Positions 26,201 to 37,472 of a stretch of DNA of 64,000 nucleotides are shown piece by piece. The DNA comes from Chrysomallon squamiferum. Taxonomy: Eukaryota > Animalia > Mollusca. The notes below the pieces were generated by a model. The model was given only the letters and a program-made list of their open reading frames with translations. It was not told the DNA's origin and made no database searches. The first letter of the stretch is position 1. Every line of letters begins with the position of its first letter. The translations under genes were made by a program, and so were the position numbers. The stretch spans positions 9,796,001 to 9,860,000 of the forward strand of contig CM022670.1 of NCBI GenBank assembly GCA_012295275.1, read 5' to 3'.

Positions 26201-29200
26201 AAGAGGATTGAGAAAAACAGTTTCTAAAATGGCTTTCAAGTTTTAAAAGAAATGGGATTTGAAATAATTTTTTGTTATATAATCAGCTGTTACATATTTG
26301 TCTGCTGGTCAGTGAGTTTCACTTACATTAAAATTTTTACTTAAAAACTGTATAATTAAATTCAAAATGCAATTTAATTCTTACCTTCATTGGTTAGATA
26401 GGCTACAAGTTTATCCAGTAATTCAAGCACATAATTCTTGTTTTCAAAAGTTATACCAACATTTGTCAGAAATTCAAACATGTATCTGTGCCAAAAAAAT
26501 TAATAGATTAGGAAAACCTGATGAAACATAATGGCTGAACTTATAAATAATTGACAATTTGTATTAACAAATTAAAATTAAACGATTTACTGACCCACTG
26601 TTTTATTTCAAATAATAACAATAATAATAATATAAATTAATTTTTTCAGCATATTAAACACAGTGATGCAAAAGAAATCTATATTTACATATCTTTTTAA
26701 ATGTTACTCTTACATGCCAGATTTAGTCAATCCTCTGCCATTTTTAGGAATTTCAACTGCATCTAAATTGTCTTCAAAATTCTTCAGAACAACTATAGTT
26801 ATTACCAAAAACAGAAAAAGTTAAGAAAAGAAATAATATAATTTTAAAAATTTGCAAATTCTCTATTAGATAAAAATTAGATTTTAAAAATTTGATTGCT
26901 AAACTATTGTTAAACTATTTTTGATTGTTAAATCCAGAACTAGAAAAACCAAAATAAAATTACTTGATTTCATAATTTATTAATATTATTTACAATTGAT
27001 TTATTTTTTTCAGACAGCAAAATAAATGCACTAACTTAAAAAACCCACAAACTTAGACATTTTTAATCTTTACCTTTTAGTCTTAAAAGTTCTTCCAGTG
27101 TAAAATCAGGTTCTGCAATAAATATTTTAAAAATAAATAATAAAATTTACAGTCATACAAAATATATCTTTGAAATATTCAAAGTTTGATATTAAAAAAT
27201 AACAGCAATATTAAAAGGAAAAAGAGAAATTAAAGTCTAGAATCAAAGAACAAATAAATGAACTATAAAAAAAATAAATAACAATAAATAAAATTTCATT
27301 CCATTACATTCTATTGTTATTCAAAGTACAGGATGGGTATAAAATAGAAAAAAAATAAAAAATAAAACAGACCACCTTAGCAGTATCTAAAGAAATTAAA
27401 TTAAAATACAAATCAAATTTTAAAAATTAATTACCTACTGCAGCAGAGTCTCCAAGTTCTGTGACCTGATTTTCCATTTCACACAACTCAACTATTTTCT
27501 CCATCAGTTTGTTGGTTTCCTCAATGGCAGTCGCCAGGTCAATGGAGGTCAGATCAAATGAAGAACTCTCCTCACATATTTTTTCCTTCAGAAATTATCA
27601 CATGTGTTTTTTTCAATTTTAAAAAATATTTTTTTACTACATGTTAAAACAATTAAGATAATATTTTTCATTTTATAATTTTTCTAAAAGTGTTATTAAT
27701 GACAAAATGAATTATTATTATATGTAATTTCTCTGATCATTTCTGATTAATTATCATTTTTCAGAATATAAAGCTTTATTACTATTAATATTTATAATGT
27801 TACTTTCCACATAAAATATTGCAGAACAGAGTGAAACAAAGAGTGGTGCAGGATTGAAATTAAAAAATCACCATTTTGCATTTTTTTCTATTCATACCAG
27901 ATTGTGTGCTTCATCGAGGATAAGAATGTTTCCCTGAAGTTCAACTCCATGAGCTCGACGTGACTAAATAAAATTAAATAATTATATTAACTTTCTCTTT
28001 CAAATTAGTGGACTTTTTTTCAAATAATAATTTTTTTTAATTTCACTGCTTACTTTTTTCTTCTGGCCAAAATGTATCCTTTGAGAAAACCCCAGTTACA
28101 TAGCAAAAACTATTTACAATTAAACACTATTTACATAAATATTTCCTTTATTAATACTTCAGAAAGATATACAGGTAATAAAAAGGATATCTGGATCAAA
28201 ATTTAATATGTAATTAAAATATAAAATAAGCAATGAATTTTTTATATATTTAACAGATATAAATTAAAGCTGATTTTCTGAAAATTCTAATTTTCTGGAA
28301 GCTGTATATATTGTCTGGTATCTGCATTTATAAAAATGGATGTTGAAAATACCTTTGGATCAAGTAGGTAATTGTATGGCATGAAAATAATATCAGCATC
28401 AGTTTTCAGTTCCCGAGCCAAATAGTATGGACATACTCTAAAAACATAAAAACATACACATTAACTGTAGACACATTTTTCACTGTGAATCTACAACACT
28501 TCTATAGAAGACAAAATTGTTGATGGAAAATATAAATTACCTGAAATTACTTATGTAAAAAGTATTGTTTTATTTTACTAATATTTAATTTTAAATGGTG
28601 TAAAAATGTAATTTAAAAAATATTTAAGAACAAATTCAGCTGTTTTAATATGTCTCTTTGGCTGATTGACTCTGATAACATGAAGTATAACTGTTGGATA
28701 CATACAATGGCATTCTTCAGTTTACAAATTGACAATGCCATAAATCAATATTTTTAACATTTTCCTTTTGTTATTGTTTTATTTCAAGAAAATTATAACA
28801 CTTCTGCATTAATGAAGTACTGTCAAGTTTTAATCCCAGCCACTAGCTCCAAATTAAATCTAGCCAAACCAATTACTTTGCTGTTTCTCCATATTTGACC
28901 AGATCTTCTATATCCACAACATTTCCCACTCCTACCCTGGTATCTCCCTTTCTCTTCTGATCTACATTTGTAAATGTAAAAACATTGTTAAATCACTGTC
29001 ACAGGTTATAGTAAAAGAAAAGAGATACTGCATCATCCATTTTTCCCGAGAGCATGTACAGATATCATAAACACTTATTAGAATTACCTAATAATAAAAA
29101 AAAAATTATTAAAAAACCCACCAAAAAATAAAATACTTAGACTGACAGATTTACAAAGAAAATTAATTTTCTTTAAATATCATATGTAATTATTGCAGTT

Positions 29201-31908
29201 GTTTAATAAAATAAAAACTTATTCACAAAATGTAGGCATCAGTGAAATCAGGGTTTTGAGACATGATAATAACTCGATTTAAAAGAATTTAAAATTTTAA
29301 ACCCACTGATTTCTTTGGAAAAACCAAAACCATTAAAAATGTATATACAGACATGTGATTTTTTTTTAAATATATATGAAAAATAACAGACATTATAATT
29401 ACAAACATATAATATAAATAACATTATAATAAACTATTTATTTAGTCTTCTCTTTTTTTTTTTACAAAGTTAATCCCAATATTAAAATTCCATAACTTAA
29501 AGACTCCAAATAAATTCCAAGGATGTTGCTGTCAAAGGAGTTATGTCCCTTGGACTATAAACCCCAAACAAGTGTTACTAAACACACTTGTTTTGTTTTT
29601 GTTTTCTGATCTTTCTAAAGTTTTATTTAAAACTTCAAACTATTATTTCAGACACTGACCTTCTAAATTATTGTAAAAGTAACATCTTCTGGCCTGTACT
29701 TTTGCCCTACATAAATGTACCTGAAAAATCAAAAATTAATTATCTTTCAAAATTTGTTTAATCAAAAAAACCCAACAAATTAATTATAATTAAAAATAAA
29801 TAAATAATAAATAAATTAAATTAAATTAAATTAAATTAAATTAAATTAAATTAAATTAAATTAAATTAAATTAAATTAAATTAAATTAAATTAAATTAAA
29901 TTAATTAGTTAATTAGAAAAAAAATTGCAAAGATGGGTTAAAGAAATATTAAATAAAGTAATTTTTTAAAAATAACTCTTTTTTCCTTAAATAAAACATA
30001 ATTTTTTTTTAAAAATATCAAAGATTTGTCAGAGCAAAGTTTTCATTCAAAATGGCAATAAAAACCTTCGCTGTGTTGTTAGGCTCTTTTCTAACTTGTT
30101 CATGAATGCAGAACTGTTCTCTGGATCCCAGCACACATGCTTTCACACTGAAAGAGAAAATATTGAAATAAAAACATATTTCAAAAGACAGTGTCTTACT
30201 TAAAAAGAAATTTTATCGAATTAAAAAAAAAAAATTTAAGTATTTGACACAGATAATTAAACACACCATTCTAACAATTATGTTCAATTTTTGTTTTTCT
30301 AAGTATATAAAAACAAATTCATCATACAAACAATACTAAAGTAATTTTTTAATTTTTTATTTTTAAAAAACAAAATTTAACAGTTAGAATATTTAAGCAG
30401 ATATTGAAAAAAATGAGCAAACTGTTAGTAATCAATAGTTATTTTCTTTAAAAAAAAATATTTCATAAATTACAGCGTAACAGCAAAAATGTACCATTAG
30501 TAAAATGGCTGCTCTGACAAATTAGCAGATGGTGATCTTTTATAGTCAGAAATGTAACACTGCCTTTGTCAGAGAGGACTGACTGGAACTGGAAATAGAC
30601 CTGTGTGTGTATTTACCAGACAAGCTCAAAATTCAGACTCACCTGTTGTACATTGTTCTCTTCAATTCCTGAACAGCCTGGTTCAGCTGAGAGTGCGTCC
30701 TCGAAGCATAAATAATTTTGGGTACAACTGAAACAGCAAAAGAAATCTCCAGTATTAATAATGTTGTATTTACACATACAAGTTAAAGTAAATTAACTTA
30801 AAGAGAATGTGTGATAATTGGTAGAACAGCCTATGTAGACAATATATAGTTTCAAGCCATAGTTTTATTAGTTATTTGAACACCATCCTTTGATAATAAT
30901 GAAGTGCAGATCACTCTTCATTTAACAGATTAAAAGGAGGGAAAGGTTGTCCAGAAAAAAGTAAAATCCACATTTTCCAAAGTGTGTTAGAACAACTGTT
31001 AATATTAACGATGCAGAATAATATATTTCTTACATATACTTAACAGACCAAGCTTGTTTTGCTTCTCCGAAATCTGACAAATAACAGTTCATTACATGCA
31101 GGGTCGGTGTATAACAAATAAAATGACTAAATTTTAAATCTTAAATAAAGTAAAAGTTTTTAAAATGATTATTAAATTATCTGGCTAATACAATTTATTG
31201 AAAAATCATATCTCATTTTAAATTTAATGAATTTTTAAAAGTTTAAAAAAATCATTACCAAATTCGTTTGTTCCCCATGTACTTCCTGAAGATTCCTGCA
31301 ATTTTGTCGCAACTCTCTGCAGCACGTCATCATTAAGATTTGGTTTGTCCTGAAGCAGTCCCCCAACCCCCAGCTGTTTCTGAAACTCCACAGATGCTTT
31401 TTTACTAATAAGCCAAGCAAGACATGAACAGAGCAGACACAGTGTTTTTCCCGTTCCAGTAGGACTTTCCAATAATCCATTTACATCCTATATATAACAG
31501 AAAGTGAAACATTTATTATGAATGCTGTATTAGTGAAAATTCTAAATAAATAAATAAAAATGTATAATGGTCTTTCTAACTGAGTCTTTGTTAATTAACT
31601 ATGATGCTGTACTTTACCTCTTTAAAAATCATTTATAATAATAATAACCTTATTTATATAGACATTCTGACATATATATATTTTAACACAAATTTTTTTT
31701 TTTAAATAAAAACAATAACCTTGTTACAGTGTTACAAATTAAATAAACATGTATCATATTTTAATTTCATTTTCCTATACCAATAAATAAATAAAATAAA
31801 AATTACTGTTTGTAGGCATTCTATAACTTTTTCCATATAAGTAACTTGGCAGTCATAGGGTTGAAACGGAAAATCCACATTCACACCTCTTACATTTAAA
31901 GCTGGCAT
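10676..31908 (-). CDS. RTEL1: Regulator of telomere elongation helicase 1 (Fe-S, XPD-family DEAH helicase), 34 coding exons, about 1208 aa
   Basis: Exons: 31908-31807, 31487-31259, 30727-30643, 30147-30066, 29720-29660, 28961-28877, 28437-28353, 27963-27898, 27585-27435, 27112-27074, 26792-26714, 26485-26385, 26024-25963, 25425-25351, 25050-24969, 24408-24276, 23757-23644, 23064-23024, 22523-22438, 22147-22070, 21735-21658, 20837-20697, 20200-20085, 19610-19487, 18970-18802, 18466-18363, 17460-17422, 16929-16870, 16684-16598, 15217-15073, 12939-12808, 11976-11566, 11167-11070, 10762-10676. All introns are GT-AG and phase-compatible; the total of 3627 nt is open. Motifs: [27 protein letters not shown], four Fe-S Cys, [35 protein letters not shown], a harmonin-homology domain and a C-terminal RING. 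Confidence 0.96.
13084..14879. mobile_element. Decayed non-autonomous DNA transposon (hAT/P-like termini) in an RTEL1 intron
   Basis: Imperfect terminal inverted repeats CATGGTTCATA and TATGAACCCTG. Clustered subterminal TTCCA(T/A)AACTTT repeats at both ends. Internal minus-strand coding remnant 13560-13740 with an in-frame stop. No target-site duplication recognisable. Confidence 0.6.
18035..18345. repeat. AT-rich tandem repeat, about 115-bp unit, about 2.5 copies (RTEL1 intron)
   Basis: AATTAACAAAT...ATTTATTATCACTATT recurs at about 18040, 18157 and 18268. Confidence 0.85.
19300..19415. repeat. (AAAAAT)n hexanucleotide microsatellite
   Basis: Run read directly; it produces the spurious FIFIFI tail of an ORF. 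Confidence 0.9.
24800..24905 (+). repeat. Dispersed repeat also present at about 22712-22812
   Basis: ATAATTATACTG.TTTTAAA.ACAAATTGAT.TCAG.TCAATTTC...CTTGTTCCTTA.TAA is shared between two RTEL1 introns. Confidence 0.65.
29812..29904. repeat. (TTAAA)n pentanucleotide microsatellite
   Basis: Perfect run read directly. Confidence 0.95.
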
Positions 31909-32549
31909 ATTGGTAACAATCACTCACAGGTTCTGCAAAATTATAAAATAAACATAAAATGTTAAATAATAAATTAAAATAATTTACATACAAATAATGG
32001 AACAAAATAATATATATGATTCATAATAAGAATTATATTTCTTAAAATTGGATATCTATACTGGACTAAAAACGAAATAAAACTATTTCAACAGAAGTTG
32101 AAATGACCGAAGGAAAAATGATTCATATATCGACTGTTAGTGTTAATGAACCTGCATGAAATCATTAAGAGCCAATAATCATCTGTTAGTGTTATAAGCT
32201 TACTCGTTTAAAATTCTTACATGATTAAGGGATTGTGACGATTACAAGTGTTTGTTTAAAACATACTAATTTAATTCGAATGACAGTATAAGTGTATAAT
32301 CATAATGTACTCACAAAATAATGAGCGTAAAAGGTACTAATAGTAATAGTACGTTGTAACACTGTCACAGTGTGAGGAACGTTATGTCCACATTAAAAAA
32401 TAATAATAATAATAAATTTAAAAAAAAAAAAAAAAAAATCTTTAATTCCAAGAAAAAGGTTATCTCTATTAAAAATAAAGATAGGCAATAAATACTTGTT
32501 TTTTCTATCCAAGATCTAAATGTTATAAAACGAAATGATTTCATTCTAC

Positions 32550-32900
32550 CTAGACTGTGGCCAAGCTTTAAAATTCAATCGTAACAATGTAAACAAACAC
32601 ACGTGTAATCCAAATTCCCGCGTTTTTTTGTTTTGTTTTAATCTCGCGCCAACCTGTAATTCCGGAAGGTAAATATGTCAAACGTTTAAACAGTCCAATT
32701 TTTTGTTATATTCACCGACATTATTGTTTTTGTTATAAGTTAAGGTATACTGCATACTATAATGTTGTTTATATAAAACCGAAATATAAATAAAAATAAT
32801 TATAATATACCGCGAAAAAGTTATCCAATAATACGAAACGTTACTAAATCATCAGTCCAATCATAATTCTCGGTTTATATTTAAGGAGCCAGTCGTTGCT
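32550..32900. promoter_or_regulatory. Putative bidirectional promoter between RTEL1 (-) and stathmin (+)
   Basis: Local CpG enrichment with an E-box CACGTG (32600-32605), E2F-like TTCCCGCG (32615-32622), TTGGCGCGAGA on minus (32642-32652), TTTTCGCGG on minus (32810-32818) and ETS CCGGAAG (32662-32668). Flanked by candidate minus-strand donors (about 32549 or 32314) and a plus-strand GTAAGT donor at 32959. Confidence 0.6.
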
Positions 32901-32936
32901 TGATTTTCATGTCATCCACAAGAAGCGCGGAGTTTA

Positions 32937-33399
32937 ATGCTTGGTGAAAGTATTTCATGTAAGTTCATTAATGAAATTTCTGGAATGATTACATAATTGT
33001 TAATTTTGTTTTTTTTTGAATAACAATACTTGTTGTTCATCTCTAATACTTCAGAATTTTTTAAAGTATTTAATAAAATGACGAAATGTTAAATAATTTA
33101 GACATTATTACGTTCATTGAAAGCATTTATTTAACAATGTTACTCAGATACTTTGTTAACCACTGAACAATCCATCTTTTTGTTTCTGAGAGAGCAGCAA
33201 TGACTGCAATAAAACTAAAACGAATAATTTAATGAAAATAATTTAGAAAAAACTAAGGGTCCTCCTAATAAGCGTCGGCAAGCACCTGCAAAGAGTCGAA
33301 AGGCTTTTATATGCAGTAGAAGTCGTAATTTAGATCAATTTGTGTTATTCGATCATTCTAATTAGTAATTAGAACAAGAGTGAAGAAAAAGAGTATTAA

Positions 33400-33433
<34 letters not shown>

Positions 33434-33932
33434 ATAAACAGTTTATCCTAAGAGTGCCTAGTAGAAGCAATTAGGTACAAGGTGTATAGCCAGAGGAAAG
33501 ATTAGTAGTGAGGTAAACGATGTGGAGAGTGACTAGATCAGAACGATTGAACTGATGTTTTATGATAAAGGGGTGAATTGGAATCACAGACACTTTAGAT
33601 TTGTCGTCTGGTTTCCATTTTATATATATATTTTTTTTCCCCAATAATAGGAATGTGGCAAATCATATTTGTATGAATGACGATTTTTTTCTACAGGCTT
33701 GCATGCTTGTTGATGCATTTTAGTAGGATTGAAAACTGAAAAGGTCAGCTTCCAACTGCAAATGAATTGTTCAGTGAATTTATATAATATAACTGACATT
33801 ATTAACTAGATGTTTTGGTAATGACAACACCTTGACAGTACTAGATTTTTTACGGCTAATACAATAAATTGTAAAAATACCTTTTAACTATTAAAGCTGT
33901 TTCTTTATCTAATAGTAATAATTTATGCATAA

Positions 33933-33963
<31 letters not shown>

Positions 33964-36900
33964 TTTCAAATTAAAATTATAATCTTAATTGCTTGATCAA
34001 AAGAAATCTGATGCTTGTAGATCCTGCAGAACTAAAAATATTTGAAGATTATGATTAATGTGAATACTTGTCAAGATAAAGAAAGTAATATTGATATACA
34101 GATGAGCATTCATTTAACTGGTAAGCAGCATAGTTTGAGGAAATAATAAAACTGAAGAAATTCCTTGGAAATAATGAACTGAGCATTTAAAAAATATATA
34201 TATATATATATACACACACACAATGTTACAAAAACATCAAAATGTGTAAATCTGAACTTCAAAAAAACAAAATTCTTTCTTTTCTTTCCAAATATACACT
34301 TGTAATCCAGTCTATAGCTCTTTTTCAGTTCACTTCTGTCTCCATTGTTGTGTATGAGCAACTTATTTGGCCATCTTACATAAAACAAGTTACAGAAAAT
34401 ATCCTGCAATGTATAAAGTAATAAAGCTACAAATTTTGTGGATGTTTTTATACATTAGATTAACATATTAAATTTATTATTATTAATTTTCTCATTTTTT
34501 ATTTTATTTATTTATTATTATTAGTATGTTTTTCATTTTAAATTGATTAATAATGCATTTGTAACTCATGCTAATGTCAATTTTCACAAGTGCGTCTTTT
34601 GTAATTATTACACTGATAACTTATTTTTAAATTGTTGTGATTCCTACATGTTGGCAACATCTTCTTTAGTTTAACATTAGATATTTTAGCAATTTACTGT
34701 TGATAGCAGTTGAAAATAGCATATCGGCTGACATAAACAGTATATGTCACTGGACATGAATTCGTGTATATTGATATTTATGTAAATGAATATAAATTAT
34801 TCACGTTTCAGATGTACTGTTATTAATCTAGAATTGTCCAAATCTGTTCTAGGCTATTTGCTACAAAGTAAAGAAAACCTGGTACTGAAATAAAATTGTT
34901 ATCTGGAAGTGTATTCTTTTTAATAAAAATATAAAAACATATTTTAATGTATTATCAGTTTAATATTTCAAATTTAAATTTGATGTATGAAAAGAAGTTT
35001 GTTTTCACAAGTATTTTGCCCCATAACCAAGATGTACGGACATTATTGATGTTTTTTTTATTATTATTTTTTTTTTAAATAAAGGTAATAAATCTTTTAC
35101 AGTCATTAAATATTTACTGGAATATTAATTGCAAATGAAAACATAATATTAATGTGTAAAAGTCCATTGACAAGGTCCATTTTAACTATCAGACCAGTGT
35201 TAATTGATAATCAGAACAGGTTACACTGAAATAGTGAATGGTTGCAGATTACTCTCCCTTTGCACCGAGACTGCGTGATGTAGATTTTATTTTTTATTTT
35301 TTTTTGTCAGGGGATTTTTATCATTAATTTTTTTTTTTTTTTATTTTTATTTATTTATTTTTATTTGTGAAATGTACAAGAATAAATTTAGATAATGCCT
35401 ACTAATATTTTACAATGTAAATTCTTGTGTTAAGTTTGTCAAAAAAAAAAAAAATTTGAATGCATCCCAATAATATAGAAGAAAATTTATAAATTACTTT
35501 TTACAATATAGACTTTCTTGCATGAAATGAGATTACAGCTTCTTTGGTACTTATTATGTCGTTGAGAAAAACATTCAGAAATAACAAAAGATGAACACTG
35601 AAAACTCTTCCATTGTTCAGCTGTAATCAATAAAACTATTTTGCAGATATGATAAATGTCTGATTTAACCAACATTTTGTCGAGTTGAATATGGCTTGGC
35701 ACTACTAGGGTTGTGTTTGTTATTAATATCATGTACATATTTTGTCCCAGTTCAGTTGATGTGGGAAGGGCCTGATCAAATGTGTATGTTTCAGACTCGT
35801 ATTGTGAGTCATCTTGCAGAACAACTCGGCTGCCAGTCTGCACTAGATCACCATTATTGATTTCTATTTACAATGCTTCCTTTTGCAGCTTACCCTCTGA
35901 TTTTCATCATGGCCCCCAAAAACAAATCAATAAACACGTAAGCTGGACATAAATGCTCAACTGTTTCAGCACATTTAAAAAAAAAAATTTCATACATATT
36001 TTTTCTTGTGTTTTTTTTGCAAAATTGTATATTTCTTTATTGCAGCTATAAAATAAATAAATAAATAGCCTTATTTGCATCTGCATCATATAAATTAAAG
36101 AATTATTATAATGTGTAGACTGATTGAGTCATCTTGTACATTACAGCAACTCTTTCTCTTCGGGCTTCTGTAGACAGAGGTGGACTTATTCTTACGAGAA
36201 TTTAGTAAAATGTTCCTTGTGGTAGTTCAATAAGTTGTTTCAGTACAAAGGTAAATATGTTTTGTTCACCAGGTTTATTTTCTGCCGTGTGCCTTTTTGT
36301 TTTGTTCGATTGTGTAACCAGTTGCATGCTGTACGATGGAGGAATTTCACAATGGCTTCTACCAGACATGCAGACATGTTAATGAAATGTAACTTATTTT
36401 AATCTTTTTCAGATCTGTGCCTTTTCATCTCCTCAGCAAGCTTGTGTTGAAACTACAATCAACAAAATGTCTTCAGGTAAACAGAAATTACAATTTCAAA
36501 GAAAAGATTAGTTCAAGGTCAACATTTATCAAGATATATATATCCTACCAAAAAAAATAGTTTACACAAAAATTGATATGATAAATATCAGGTTTTGTTT
36601 CAGATGCTTTGTATTAACAATTACTTGAAAGAAAATTGGCCCAAAGATAATCATTTTTTTTTTTTAGCACAGAACAGTTCATCTTTATTTATATATAATA
36701 TATAAATATATAGATTGTTTTTCTATACCTTTTCTAAATTAACTTAAAAAAAATTAATAAGATTGAAATCTCTACAGAGAACAAACAGCAAGAAAATCTA
36801 GATAATACAGAATACCTAGACAGTTTCAAGTTAAATTGCTCTCTTAAATTTTTAATTTTGTACACTCTAATGTGTAATTGAATGTTTAATTTTGGCTAAT

Positions 36901-37472
36901 TAATAATTATAAATATTCAGGTTGAGGATCCCTTATCCGAAATTCCAAAATCAAAAACTTCTTCCAAGCAGTAGAAATAATAATCTTACATTTTCAAAAT
37001 ATTTTTCATATACAAACCATATTTTAGTCGCAATATTTTAAAAAAACACAAACAATTTTACTAATCCTGCAGAAGCTGTATATGAATAATAAATGGGAAT
37101 TCATATTTTGTCATAGATTCTATTTTTATGCTATCTCCTTGTATTCCAAACTTTGAAATATTGTGAAATCTGAAATACTTCTGCTCCCAAGCATTCCAGA
37201 TAAAAGATTCTCAACCTGTAGAATGAGGAGTTTATCCTTTCATTCATTGTAGGGGAGGGGGGGGTAGGAAAAAAAAAAAAAAAGACTTATTAAAACTGCA
37301 ATTTTACTGAACATGTATTGTGACAAGAAGTTTGTTTTATTACTGCTGCTGCCAGTGTGTAACTGGCTGAGTTTGTTTGTTTGTCTGCGTGAGTCGCCCA
37401 AGAAGCCCCAGCATAGGATCCATCCTAACCACCGAGGGTATTATGATGCGGTTGTTATGTGGAAAGGGAAAG
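32937..37472 (+). CDS. STMN: Alternative N-terminal exons of the stathmin gene (SCG10/STMN2-4-like Cys-containing extension)
   Basis: 32937-32958 (MLGESIS, phase 1, GTAAGT donor) plus 37356-37472 (117 nt, phase 1-1, CAG acceptor, AAG/GTACCC donor) join in frame to exon 38440: MLGESISLCNWLSLFVCLRESPKKPQHRIHPNHRGYYDAVVMWKGKDDAKEK. Confidence 0.6.
35800..36250 (+). promoter_or_regulatory. Putative internal promoter and non-coding first exon of the short stathmin isoform
   Basis: Two AP-1 sites TGAGTCA (about 35805 and 36125), an AAG/GTAAAT donor at 36251, and a TTTTTCAG acceptor at 36412 upstream of ATG 36467. Confidence 0.4.
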
